Notes under the pieces: model-generated | The model's database searches: none | Seen by the model: only the letters and a program-made list of their open reading frames with translations | Told to the model about the DNA's origin: nothing | Assembly: GCA_963823555.1 (NCBI GenBank) | Contig: CAWGMA010000001.1 | Location: 1,664,001-1,728,000 of the forward strand | Reading direction: 5' to 3' | DNA from: Candidatus Eiseniibacteriota bacterium | GTDB lineage: Bacteria > Eisenbacteria > RBG-16-71-46 > CAVPCR01 | DNA length: 64,000 nt | Made by a program: the position numbers and the translations under genes | Shown here: piece by piece, positions 31,632 to 41,864 of the stretch | How positions within the stretch are numbered: position 1 is the first letter of the stretch | Layout of the letters: each line of letters opens with the position of its first letter

Positions 31632-33982
31632 CGACCGGCCGCGGCGCGCGGCGCGGCTCCGCCCTGCTGTTGCCGGCCCTGGCCATCGTGGCCCTGGTTG
31701 CGCTTTCGGTTCGACTGATCTACCTCGCCGAGATCCAGACGAGTCCCTTCTTCCACGTACCCGTCATCGATGCCGAGGCGTATGACGCGATGGCGCGCCG
31801 AATCGCGGCCGGCGACCTCGAGGGCGGGAAGACTGCCTTCTGGCAGGCACCGCTCTACCCCTACTTTCTGGCCGCTCTCCGTTCCCTGGCCATGGGGTCC
31901 ATCGGCGTTCGTGTCGTCCAGTTCGTCCTCGGCACGTTGACCGCGGTGCTCCTTGCTGGCCTTGCAGCCCGGCTTCTCGGGCGCCGTGCCGGACTCATGG
32001 CTGGATTGGGCGCCGCGCTCTACGGCCCTCTCCTGTTCTTCGAGAGCCGGCTACTCGCACCCAGTCTCATCCTGTTCCTGAACGTCGCCGGCCTCGTGGC
32101 GCTCGACCGGGCGCGGGCGAGTACACGTCTCGGCCCGCGCGTGCTGGCCGGCGTTCTGTTCGGGCTCGCCGCGCTCGCCCGCCCCGATGCTTTCCTCGTC
32201 GCGCTCGTGCTCGGCGTGGGACTCGGGGTCATGGAACGGCGACAGGCACCGTCGCCAGCGGGGCGGCGGGCCGCCGGAAGGCGGGCCGTGGCCTTTCTCG
32301 CCGCGGCGCTTCTCGTGACGCTCGCCGCCACCGCACGCAACTGGATCGTCGCCCGCGACCTGGTCTGGGTGAGCTCCAATGGCGGCATCAATTTCTATCT
32401 CGGCAACAACGCCGAGTCGGATCAGACGATCGAGATCCGACCCGGCCTCGAGTGGGCGGCTCTGGTCGAGAGACCGCATCTGGAAGCCGGCCTCACCCGG
32501 GCCTCCGATCGCTCGCGCTTCTTCTACCGCGAGGCCGGTCGCTTCATCCGGCAGGAGCCGCTGGCCTGGGCCTCGCTCATGGCCAAGAAGACAGCCCGCT
32601 TCTTCGCCGGCTACGAGATCCGACGAAATGAGGATGCCTATGAATTCCGGCGGGAATCTCGGCTCCTGAGTTTCCTCCTGTGGCGGGCCGGCTCCTTCGG
32701 CTTTCCCTTCGGCCTCGTCTCGCCCCTGGCGCTCATGGGTGCCGTACTGCTCTGGCCGCGCCGGCGCGATCTCGCCCACGTCTATCTGTATGCCGGGGCC
32801 TATGCGCTCGCTGTCATCGCCTTCTTCGTCACGGCTCGCTACCGGCTCCCCGTCGTTCCCGCCCTTCTCATTCTGGCGGCAGGGGCGGTGGACTGGGTGC
32901 TGGCCCGGCGCCGCGTGCCCGGGACCGTGTTCCGCTTCGCCCTCGTCGGGATCGCCCTGGCCCTCATCCTCAACCTGAATGCGGCCACGCCGCGCATCGA
33001 TGCGTCCGGCGAGTACTGGCGGCTCTTCGCGACCGCCGAGTTCGAGCGCGGGAACTACGCGCAGGCCATCGTGGCGCAGGCGCGGGCACTCGAAGCCGAC
33101 CCGGAGCGTGCCGAGCTGCACTACGACCAGGGGATCTACCTGGCCGCTGCCGGAGACACCGCCGGCGCCGTGGCGGCCTATCGCCAGGCGATCGCGCTCG
33201 CTCCGGACTTCGGCGAGCCCAAGGTCAACCTCGGGAACTTGCTGGTCCGTGCGGGCGACTATCGCACGGCGGTACGGCTGTTCATCGAGGCCGCGGTCAC
33301 CGACCCCAACCTCGTCCCGGCCCAGATCGCCGTGGGCAACGCCTTTCTCAACTCGGGTCACCCCGACTCGGCCCTGGCCCGCTTCGATCGCGCCGCAACA
33401 CTGGATCCTGAAAGCGTGGAAGCGGTCCGCGGGCGGATCGCCGCCCTCATGGGCCTCGGGCGTGGCACGGAGGCCGTGGACGCCGCCCGCGAAGCGATCG
33501 TCCGCTTCGGCGAGCGGCCCGATCTCCTTGCCGCGCTGGGGCGAGCGCTCAAGGGTGTCGGGCGCAACGAGGAGGCGGTGGCCGCCCTGGGCGCCTCCCT
33601 GCGGGCCGAGCCGGGCCAGGCTGAGACCTGGGTCGCGCTCGGGCAGTGCTACCGTAATCTGGGGCAACTCGAGGATGCCGCCGAGGCGCAGAAGCAAGCC
33701 ATTGCCCTCGCCCCCGGTCTGGTCGCGGCGCACGTCAACCTGGCCGATGTCCAGGCGCGCCGCGGGTTCTATGATCAGGCCATCGCCTCCCTGCAACAGG
33801 CGCTCGCCCTCGATCCCTACAACGAAGCCGCGGCCTACAACCTGGCCGTCGTCCATGCGGAACTGGGCGAAGATCGGCAGGCGATCGCTCTCCTCGAGCA
33901 GCTGCTGCTCAGGAATCCAGAGCACGGACCCGCACAGCACGCGCTGGCTCGACTTCGCGGGGAGGAGGTCCCTCACCCCTAG
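31619..33982 (+). CDS. GT-C (PMT/ArnT-like) membrane glycosyltransferase with C-terminal TPR array
   Basis: IDAEAYD acidic loop, PLYPYFL, about 11 TM segments, NGGINFYLGNN, then many canonical TPRs. Confidence 0.8.
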   Translation: MDRVATGRGARRGSALLLPALAIVALVALSVRLIYLAEIQTSPFFHVPVIDAEAYDAMARRIAAGDLEGGKTAFWQAPLYPYFLAALRSLAMGSIGVRVVQFVLGTLTAVLLAGLAARLLGRRAGLMAGLGAALYGPLLFFESRLLAPSLILFLNVAGLVALDRARASTRLGPRVLAGVLFGLAALARPDAFLVALVLGVGLGVMERRQAPSPAGRRAAGRRAVAFLAAALLVTLAATARNWIVARDLVWVSSNGGINFYLGNNAESDQTIEIRPGLEWAALVERPHLEAGLTRASDRSRFFYREAGRFIRQEPLAWASLMAKKTARFFAGYEIRRNEDAYEFRRESRLLSFLLWRAGSFGFPFGLVSPLALMGAVLLWPRRRDLAHVYLYAGAYALAVIAFFVTARYRLPVVPALLILAAGAVDWVLARRRVPGTVFRFALVGIALALILNLNAATPRIDASGEYWRLFATAEFERGNYAQAIVAQARALEADPERAELHYDQGIYLAAAGDTAGAVAAYRQAIALAPDFGEPKVNLGNLLVRAGDYRTAVRLFIEAAVTDPNLVPAQIAVGNAFLNSGHPDSALARFDRAATLDPESVEAVRGRIAALMGLGRGTEAVDAAREAIVRFGERPDLLAALGRALKGVGRNEEAVAALGASLRAEPGQAETWVALGQCYRNLGQLEDAAEAQKQAIALAPGLVAAHVNLADVQARRGFYDQAIASLQQALALDPYNEAAAYNLAVVHAELGEDRQAIALLEQLLLRNPEHGPAQHALARLRGEEVPHP

Positions 33983-34097
33983 GCGAGAAAGAGATGCTGG
34001 TCCGCTCCCGGCTCGCGCTCTATCTCCTGCCGGGACGGATCCTGGACGCGGGGCTCACGGCTCAACCGGTCGGCACCGCCGAGGGCCGGGAGCGTTG

Positions 34098-35407
34098 TCA
34101 GCTCTTCACCATCGATGATCTGCGCCGGCGGTAGCTGCGCGCGAGCTCGAGGAAGATGCCGAGATCGCGATCGAGGTGGGACTGAGTGCCGTCGAAGTAG
34201 AAGATGCGAACCGGAATCCCGTCGTGGTCGCGACTCAGCTTGGGATACACCGCCTCGGATACGATCCCGTTCATGCACGTGAACGGACTGATGTCGATGA
34301 TCCCGTCGCAACCCTTCGACCAGAGATAGACCGCCTTGCCGACGTTGAGCACCATCTCGCCGTAGACTCCCTCGGCGGGCAGATACGGCTCGGCGAGATC
34401 GGTCACGGCGGCGATCGATGATGGCTCCTCGCGCCCCGCAAAGAGCGCGTGGAATGGCTCGATCAGGGCGTGCTCGTCACGGCGCTGGAACTTCTCCTTG
34501 AGGAAGGCCACGAGCATCCTCTTGCTCCAGCGCTCGCCGGCATAGGGCAGCCATTTCCGCCGTTGCTCGAGATTGGTGTAGTAGATCCACTCGGTGAGGT
34601 CGGAGATCCAGGCCTCTCCACCCTGTTCCTCGAGGCGCCGGATCAGCTCCTCGTTGCTGAAGGTGTTGAGGCGACAGAAGATCTCACCGACGATTCCGAT
34701 GAGAAGGCGCTCCTCGTGCCGCTGCGGGATCGCGGCGAAACGCGCTGCGGCCTGCGTCAAGTGCCTGCGAGCGCCGCCATCATCTCCTTGCCCGATCGAC
34801 CGCCCTGCTCGAGCTCTCGTTCGACCGCGGCGACGGCACTGGCATGAACGGCATCCGTCATCCCTCGTTCCGCCTCGTAGGGGCGAACGCGCAACAGGGC
34901 CTTGCGCAGGATATCGGCGACCAGAAGGGAGCGCCACAGAGCTCGCTGCAGACCGCGGGTATCGATCCCCAGCTCCTGGTAGCCGCTCGTACTCGATGGC
35001 GAGACCACCAGCGCCGCTTCGGCTCCGACCGAGTCGAGGACGCGACGAAGGAACGGCGCGTACTGCCCGAAACGACAGGGCCCGGGAGCGTGCGGCATGA
35101 AGAAGGCGATCCGCTCGGGCTGAGCACCCGGAGCCATGACGATCTTGAGCGCGTCGCCGAGCGTGAGCCGCTCCGGGAAGCACTCCTCGCCCGACGTGTA
35201 GCGCCCTCCGAGCTCCAGCGTCTCGCCGTCCGAGGCGGGGAACGGCACCGCGTTGAGCCCGAATGCGCGCAGGGTGGCGGTGAAGCAGCGCGCCGAGCTC
35301 ACGCTCATCCGCGGCACGTAGAGCACCCGCTCGCGCAGAGGCGGGCCCTCGACGGCACGGTCGTTCGGGAACTCCACGGCACCCCCAGGTGCCGGCGGCC
35401 GGTTCAT
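34098..35407 (-). CDS. PlsR-like / CoA-activase-associated Fe-S reductase-dehydratase subunit (one frameshift near 34765)
   Basis: SGEECFP, GPCRFGQY, IGIVGEIFCRLN and PFTCMNG motifs; ATGA overlap with the upstream activase gene. Confidence 0.75.
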
Positions 35408-38400
35408 TTCACCGGTATCCCGGCGCCGTCGCGGGCGCTCCGGGCATCTCCCGGGGCATGACGCCTGACCAGGGTGCCCCCGCCGTGGCCCTCTTCTCCC
35501 CGCCCGCCCGGCTCGGGTCCGAGAGCCTCCGTCGCTTCGCCCCCCCCCGCCACCTCTTCCTTCCAGCGCCGGAGGAACCCCTGGCTGTCGAGATAAGCCT
35601 CGACTCGCGTCAGCATGCCGGCGTCGTTGGCGTGTCCATCGAACTGCAAGGTCAGAAAGGCCTGCCCGAACGCGTCGCGGACGAAATGCTTGATGTAGGA
35701 ATCCGGCCCGCACTTGAAGTTGGTGATGTAGATGAGATGCAGGTCGGAGTGCTGCGCGGCCTCGCGGCATGCGGCGAGGATCTTTCGTCCGTAACTCCAG
35801 AACATGTTCGCGTTGACGTCTTCGAGGGTGCGGTCATCGGCGGACAGGAACTCGAGCGGCAGGACGTTGACCCCGTAAAGATCGCGGAGCTTGCGCGGGA
35901 CATCGAGGTTGACGACGGAATCGAACAGGTTGTAGGGCCGGCCGACCAGCAGCACCGCCGGTTCGCGAGTCGCCTTGAGCGTGGCGAGTGCCTCCTGGCC
36001 GGCCTCCCGGACCCGTTGCCGGAAGCCGGCGAGCGCCGCTTCCCCGGCGCGGAGCGCCCGCTCGACCTCGCGCCGCCTGACCCCGTAACGGCGAAGCGAG
36101 TCGTGGAGCGGCTCGACGAGCGCCGAGCGTCCAGCCCGGAAGCGGATCAACGGATGCACGATGCGCTCGGCTTCCGCCTCGAAGGTGTCGGCCGCACACA
36201 GAACATAGGGCAACGTCATCACCCAGGGACAGAAGAAGCTCTGGATGTCCGGGTGCGTACCCTCCGCGTTCACGTAGTTGGGGACGAAGATGAAATCCGT
36301 GTCGTCGATGGCGAGCGCGGCCTGGACATGACCATGCGCGACCTGGATCGGGAAGCAGGGCTCCGCCACGGCGGCCTCGACCCCGTCGTGGGCGATCGCT
36401 CGGTTGGTCTCCGGCGTCAGCTCGACGCCGAACCCGAGTTCCCTGAAGAACGCGTTCCAGAACGGGAATCGATCGTGGAAGTAGAGGGCGCGCGGGAAGG
36501 CGACCTTGCCGCGCCGGCCCCGGCCCGGGGCGTAGTCGGAGAGGAGCCAGGCCTTCCGCTCCCGGACCAGATCGTCGATCACGGGCTGGTGCTCCACCTT
36601 GGAGCGCCGCCGGTAGCGGTCGCCGCATTGATCGCCCCAGTACGTCTTCTCTCCTTCGACACGGAACTCCTGCATGTCGCAACGGTTCTCGCAGGCCCGG
36701 CAGGTGAACTCACGGATGCGGTAGTCGACCTGGCCCAGATCCCAACCCCTGAACCGGGTACCGCCGGCGAGGGTGGGCTCCTTCTCCCAGGCGAGGAGTG
36801 CGGCACCGACCGCCCCGATCACGCCGTTGTAGGGCGGAACGATGATCTCGCGGTCCAGGATCTCGGCAAAGGCTGCGGCCACCGCATCGTTGTAGGCCGT
36901 GCCACCCTGAAAGAAGATGGTGCCGTCGATCTTGCGTCCCCGCACGACCCGATTGATGTAGTTCGTGGCCACCGACAACGCGAGTCCGGCGAGCAGATCA
37001 TCGGTCGCCGCACCACGCTGCTGGTACGCGTTCACGTCGCGCTCCATGAACACCGTGCAGCGCTCGCCGAGACGGACCGGCGTCGTCGAGGCCAGGGCCC
37101 GGCTGGCGAACTCACCCTTGATGCAGACCCCGAGCTCCTCGGCACGCTCCTCGAGGAAGGAGCCGGTACCGGCGGCACAGGCCTCGTTCATGGCGAAGTC
37201 GACGACCACACCGTCCTCGATGCGGATGTACTTGGCGTCTTGCCCGCCGATCTCGAAGATGGTGTTGACCTCACCACCCAGCATGGTGCGGGCGATGAAC
37301 GCAGCACCGGTCTTGTGGGCGGTGATCTCGTCGTTGATGGTGTCGGCTCCGACCAGCTCGCCGATGAGCTCGCGCCCCGACCCGGTCGTTCCCACGGCGC
37401 GTACGGCGACGCGCGCCCCCAGCTCGGCCTCGAGTTCGGCGAGAGCCGCCGTCACCACTTCGACCGGACGCGCCTGGGTCCGCGTGTAGATCTCGCGAAC
37501 TACGCGGCCCTCACGATCGAGAAGGACCACATTGGTCGACACCGATCCGATGTCGATCCCCAGCGTGACCTCGACCGGATGGCCGTTCGATGGTAGAGCG
37601 AAGGGCCGCAGCCGATCGCGGAGGCTCACCACCTTCGTCATCGATAGGCGGCGACTGCGGGGGATCCCCGCGGATTCGAGGGCCGAGCCGGCGAGGTCGC
37701 CGACGGCGAGCGCGCGATGCTCCGCGGCCGCTGCCTCCCGAACGGCGCAACCGATGGCCGCATGGGCGGCGTGGTGTACCGGCACGCGGAGGTCATCGCC
37801 GAGAGCGAAGGTCTCACCAAGGGCGCTGACCACCATGGCGTTCGCCGCCACCCCACCGACGAAGAGCACCGGCGGGCGCGGGGTCTTGCCCTTGGCCACC
37901 GCGGCGTTGAAGTTGCGCGCCACCGTCTCGCAGAGCCCGCGCAGAACCTCGGGCGGGAGGTAGCCCTTCTGCTGAGCATGGATCATGTCGCTCTTCGCGA
38001 ACACCGAGCAGCGCCCGGCGATCTTGGCCGCCCGCTCGCTGTCGCACGCAATGCGACCGACCTCCTCGATGTCGTAGCGGAGGCGACCCGCCTGTTGATC
38101 GAGGAAGGACCCGGTGCCGGCGGCACAATCGCCGTTCGTCTGATAGTCGACGATGGCGAACTCCCCGGATATCGGGTCGGGCTCGAAGACGAGCATCTTC
38201 GAGGATTCCCCGCCGATCTCGAAGAGCGAACGCGCCTCAGGATCCACGACCCAGGTGGCTTGCGCCAGGGCCCGGAATTCGTTCTCCTCCGGCAGGCCGA
38301 GCGCCCGCGCAACCAGGGCTCCACCCGAACCGGTGACCCGCACGCCATCGACGCGACCATGCGGCAACCGAGCCAAGATGTGGGCCAGGAGCTCTCGCGC

Positions 38401-38604
38401 CGCCTCCAGCGGACGGCCCTTGATCCGGCGGTACGAAGTGATACTGACGGCGGCCGGACTCCCCGAAAGCTCAAAGCGGAGGGGAGTGGGATGCCAAACG
38501 GGAGATGATCCCGCGAGCTTGCTCACGAGGTCGGCATCATGCCCGCTTCCCAGAATGGCGGCCTTGATTCCGACCGCACCCAAGTCGAGTCCGAGATACA
38601 CCAC
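35404..38604 (-). CDS. PlsA/Ger-like protein: two BcrAD/BadFG ATP-dependent activase domains plus DUF2229-type domain
   Basis: Duplicated GxDxG, EIGG, CAAGTGSFL and RCxVF motifs; CRACENRC; EPCFP, FFCPW and FKCGPD. Confidence 0.85.
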   Translation of the reverse strand: MVYLGLDLGAVGIKAAILGSGHDADLVSKLAGSSPVWHPTPLRFELSGSPAAVSITSYRRIKGRPLEAARELLAHILARLPHGRVDGVRVTGSGGALVARALGLPEENEFRALAQATWVVDPEARSLFEIGGESSKMLVFEPDPISGEFAIVDYQTNGDCAAGTGSFLDQQAGRLRYDIEEVGRIACDSERAAKIAGRCSVFAKSDMIHAQQKGYLPPEVLRGLCETVARNFNAAVAKGKTPRPPVLFVGGVAANAMVVSALGETFALGDDLRVPVHHAAHAAIGCAVREAAAAEHRALAVGDLAGSALESAGIPRSRRLSMTKVVSLRDRLRPFALPSNGHPVEVTLGIDIGSVSTNVVLLDREGRVVREIYTRTQARPVEVVTAALAELEAELGARVAVRAVGTTGSGRELIGELVGADTINDEITAHKTGAAFIARTMLGGEVNTIFEIGGQDAKYIRIEDGVVVDFAMNEACAAGTGSFLEERAEELGVCIKGEFASRALASTTPVRLGERCTVFMERDVNAYQQRGAATDDLLAGLALSVATNYINRVVRGRKIDGTIFFQGGTAYNDAVAAAFAEILDREIIVPPYNGVIGAVGAALLAWEKEPTLAGGTRFRGWDLGQVDYRIREFTCRACENRCDMQEFRVEGEKTYWGDQCGDRYRRRSKVEHQPVIDDLVRERKAWLLSDYAPGRGRRGKVAFPRALYFHDRFPFWNAFFRELGFGVELTPETNRAIAHDGVEAAVAEPCFPIQVAHGHVQAALAIDDTDFIFVPNYVNAEGTHPDIQSFFCPWVMTLPYVLCAADTFEAEAERIVHPLIRFRAGRSALVEPLHDSLRRYGVRRREVERALRAGEAALAGFRQRVREAGQEALATLKATREPAVLLVGRPYNLFDSVVNLDVPRKLRDLYGVNVLPLEFLSADDRTLEDVNANMFWSYGRKILAACREAAQHSDLHLIYITNFKCGPDSYIKHFVRDAFGQAFLTLQFDGHANDAGMLTRVEAYLDSQGFLRRWKEEVAGGGEATEALGPEPGGRGEEGHGGGTLVRRHAPGDARSARDGAGIPVK

Positions 38605-38771
38605 GACTTCAGGCCCTTGAATCCATAAGTTCCTGCGTGAATATGGCAGCTGTCCTTCCGGGCTCCACCGGGGGGGGTGCCGCCGCAGAGGCTACGGGTT
38701 GAGAACCACAAGTGCAAGCGTTGTATGATGGGTCGTCGTCTGGACCGAGGACCGAGGGGGGGAACGACGTC

Positions 38772-39923
38772 GTGAAGCGATGGATCCGCCGCATCGGCAT
38801 TCTGGCCGCGCTCGTTGCCGCTGTGGTCCTGCTGCGCCTTACCGTATTCCGCCCGGCTCCGGTGCCGGTCACGGTCTTCGCCGTCGATCGCGGCCGAGTC
38901 GAGTCGACGGTCGTCAATTCCCGCGCCGGCACGGTGCATTCCCGCAACGAAGCGCAGCTCAGCCCCGGGCTGAGCGGCGCCATCAAGGAGATTCGTGCCG
39001 AGAAGGGCAGCCGTGTCCGGAAAGGCGACCTGCTACTCCGCCTCGACGACGCCGAGTACCGCGCCCAGGTGCGGCTCTCGGAGCGCGCGCTCGACGCGGC
39101 CCGAAGCAGCGAACACGAGGCTTGCCTGACCGCCGAGCAAGCGGAACGGGAACTCGCGCGAAGCCGGAGCCTCTTCGCCAAGGGCTTCGTCTCGGATAGC
39201 GGGATCGAGAGAGCGCAGACCGACCGGGATGTCGCTGCCGCCGGATGCACAGCGGCGACCGAGCGCGTCAAGCAGGCGGCAGCCGCCCTGGCTGCGGCCC
39301 AGGCCACCCTCGACAAGACGGTCCTCGCTGCCCCCTTCGATGGCGTCGTCGCCGACGTCCGGGCGGAGGAAGGCGAATGGATCAGCCCGTCGATGTCGGG
39401 CCTCATGATCCCACCCGTCATCGATATCGTCGATCCTGACCACCTCTATGTCCGCGCCCCGCTCGACGAGGTCGACGCGGGGCGCATCGCCATCGGGCTC
39501 CGCGCCCGGATCACCATGGACGCTTTCCCCGACCGCACCTTCCTCGGAACGGTGAGCTGGATCGCTCCCAAGGTCGACGCGCGGGAAGAACAGAACCGCG
39601 TTCTCCCCGTCGAGTGCACATTCGACGCCGAGGACGATCTCGACAGGGTCCTGCCCGGCCTCTCGGCCGATATCGAGGTGATCCTCGATGCGCGCGACGA
39701 CGTGCTGCGGATCCCGAGCTATGCCCTACTCCAGGGCGACAAGGTCCTGGTGATCAACTCCGGGAAACTCACCGAGGAAGAAGTCAGGGTCGGCCTCAAG
39801 AACTGGTCCTACGCCGAGATCCAGAGCGGCCTCGAGGCGGGCCAAAAGGTCGTTGTCTCCCTCGACCGGGCCGAGGTGCGAGCGGGGGCCCGGGCCGAGA
39901 TCCGCGATGAGCTCGCGCCGTGA
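38772..39923 (+). CDS. Efflux periplasmic adaptor subunit (MacA-like)
   Basis: N-terminal anchor, lipoyl halves (G.IKEIRAEKGSRVRKGD, APFDGVV) and coiled coil. Confidence 0.92.
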   Translation: MKRWIRRIGILAALVAAVVLLRLTVFRPAPVPVTVFAVDRGRVESTVVNSRAGTVHSRNEAQLSPGLSGAIKEIRAEKGSRVRKGDLLLRLDDAEYRAQVRLSERALDAARSSEHEACLTAEQAERELARSRSLFAKGFVSDSGIERAQTDRDVAAAGCTAATERVKQAAAALAAAQATLDKTVLAAPFDGVVADVRAEEGEWISPSMSGLMIPPVIDIVDPDHLYVRAPLDEVDAGRIAIGLRARITMDAFPDRTFLGTVSWIAPKVDAREEQNRVLPVECTFDAEDDLDRVLPGLSADIEVILDARDDVLRIPSYALLQGDKVLVINSGKLTEEEVRVGLKNWSYAEIQSGLEAGQKVVVSLDRAEVRAGARAEIRDELAP

Positions 39924-39930
39924 GCCCGCC

Positions 39931-40629
39931 ATGATCGAGCTCGAGGACATCTCCCGCACATTTGACGTCGGCGGCCGACCCGTGCACGCGCTCCAGGACG
40001 TCGATATCCAGATCGGCGACGGCGAGTACGTCGCCATCATGGGGCCCTCCGGCTCCGGAAAGTCGACCCTCCTCAACATTCTCGGCTGCCTCGACCGCCC
40101 GTCGTCCGGCCACTACCGGCTCGACGGTCAGGATGTCGCTCCGATGTCGGAACGCGAGCTATCGCGGATCCGCGGCCACAAGATCGGCTTCGTGTTCCAG
40201 TTCTTCCATCTGATTCCGCGTCTCAAGGCGCGGGAGAACATCGAGCTGCCCATGATCTTCGCCGGGATCGAGCCCCGCGAGAGGCGGCGCCGCATCGATC
40301 GAGCGCTCGACGCCGTGGGCCTCCCCGAGCGGGCCGACCACCGTCCGGAACAGCTCTCCGGCGGCGAGCGGCAACGAGTGGCCATCGCTCGCGCCATTGT
40401 CATGGAACCCTCGATTCTGCTAGCCGACGAACCGACCGGAAACCTGGATACCGACTCCGGCAATGAGATCGTGAAGCTGATCGAGGGCCTCAATGCCAAC
40501 GGCCTCACCCTCATCATCGTGACCCACGACCCGGAGATCGGTAGCCGGGCGCGCCGACTCATCCGACTGCGTGACGGGCACAAGGTCCTGGACGAGGCGA
40601 ACCGCGGAGCACCCGATGACCGGCAGTGA
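39931..40629 (+). CDS. ABC ATP-binding protein (MacB/LolD family)
   Basis: GPSGSGKST, LSGGERQRVAIARA, LADEPTGNLD and VTHD. Confidence 0.95.
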   Translation: MIELEDISRTFDVGGRPVHALQDVDIQIGDGEYVAIMGPSGSGKSTLLNILGCLDRPSSGHYRLDGQDVAPMSERELSRIRGHKIGFVFQFFHLIPRLKARENIELPMIFAGIEPRERRRRIDRALDAVGLPERADHRPEQLSGGERQRVAIARAIVMEPSILLADEPTGNLDTDSGNEIVKLIEGLNANGLTLIIVTHDPEIGSRARRLIRLRDGHKVLDEANRGAPDDRQ

Positions 40630-41821
40630 CATCCTCCGGTTCAGCACGGGCGCGCTGCGTGGCCACCGGCTGCGAACCGCGCTCTCGCTCCTGGGTGTCG
40701 CGATCGGCGTCGCCTCGGTGATCCTGCTCACCAGTCTCGGCGAGGGCGCCAGGCAGTACGTGATGGGCGAGTTCGCCGCGCTCGGATCGAATCTCGTGAT
40801 CGTGGTGCCGGGGAAGACCGAGACCAGGGGCATGGCTCCCCTCCTCAGCGAGGCGCCGCACGACCTGACGATGGCTGACTTGCGGGCCCTCGAGCGCCGC
40901 ATCCCCCTCATCCGCGAGACCGCTCCGCTGGCCCTCGGCACCGCGCCCGTGAGCCACGGATCACGCAGCCGGCAGATCCCGGTCATCGGCACCACGGCTC
41001 CCTTCATCCGCGTCCGCCGGCTCCATCTGGGCCTGGGCCGCTTCCTGCCGCCCGGTGAGGCCGGGGAGGACAGCCGCCTGTGCGTGATCGGCGCCAAGGT
41101 CCAGAGCGAGCTCTTTCCGGGTCAGAACCCGCTCGGCCAGAGCATCCGGGTGGCCGACTACCGTTTCCGTGTGATCGGAGTCATGGCCTCGACGGGCACC
41201 TCGATCGGAATGAACATCGACGACATGGTCGTGGTGCCGGTGGAAACCGCCCTCAGGATCTTCAATCAGACCAGCCTGTTCCGGATCCTGGTTGAAGCCA
41301 ATGCGTACGATGATCTGGACCATGTCCAGGAGGAAGTGATCTCGGTCCTCAAGGAGCGCCACGACGGCGAGGAGGATGTCACCGTCCTCACCCAGGACTC
41401 GGTGCTGTCCACCTTCAGCGACATCCTGGGCATGCTCACCGCCGTCCTGGTCGGCATCGCGGCGATCTCACTCAGCGTGGCCGGGATCGGCATCATGAAT
41501 GTGATGCTGGTCACGGTGGTGGAGCGAACCCGGGAGATCGGGCTCCTCAAGGCTCTGGGCGGGACCCGCTCCCAGATCGTCCTCGTGTTCCTGGTGGAAG
41601 CGGCGATCATCTCGCTGTGCGGCGGACTCGCGGGCCTGGCCGTGGGCATCGGCGCCGGGCAGCTGGCTCGGCACTTCCTCCCGGATTTCCCCATCCAGCC
41701 GCCGCTGTGGGCAGTGGCCGCCGCGGTCGCGATCTCGATCCTGGTGGGAGTCGTCTTTGGCGCCCTTCCGGCTCGCCGCGCGGCGCGGCTCGACCCGGTG
41801 GCGGCGCTGGCACGACGGTAG
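40616..41821 (+). CDS. ABC permease (MacB/FtsX family)
   Basis: RTALSLLGVAIGVASV, GIMNVMLVTVVERTREIG and ARRAARLDPV. Confidence 0.93.
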   Translation: MTGSDILRFSTGALRGHRLRTALSLLGVAIGVASVILLTSLGEGARQYVMGEFAALGSNLVIVVPGKTETRGMAPLLSEAPHDLTMADLRALERRIPLIRETAPLALGTAPVSHGSRSRQIPVIGTTAPFIRVRRLHLGLGRFLPPGEAGEDSRLCVIGAKVQSELFPGQNPLGQSIRVADYRFRVIGVMASTGTSIGMNIDDMVVVPVETALRIFNQTSLFRILVEANAYDDLDHVQEEVISVLKERHDGEEDVTVLTQDSVLSTFSDILGMLTAVLVGIAAISLSVAGIGIMNVMLVTVVERTREIGLLKALGGTRSQIVLVFLVEAAIISLCGGLAGLAVGIGAGQLARHFLPDFPIQPPLWAVAAAVAISILVGVVFGALPARRAARLDPVAALARR

Positions 41822-41864
41822 AGGGTGTGACGGTGGACCTCAGGAGCATCATCGAGGAGCGCCC

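Noticed and set aside
34750..34790. PlsR-like gene split into two genes or programmed frameshift
   Set aside because: A single missing base restores one continuous family-length protein; no independent RBS/start for the second half was evident.
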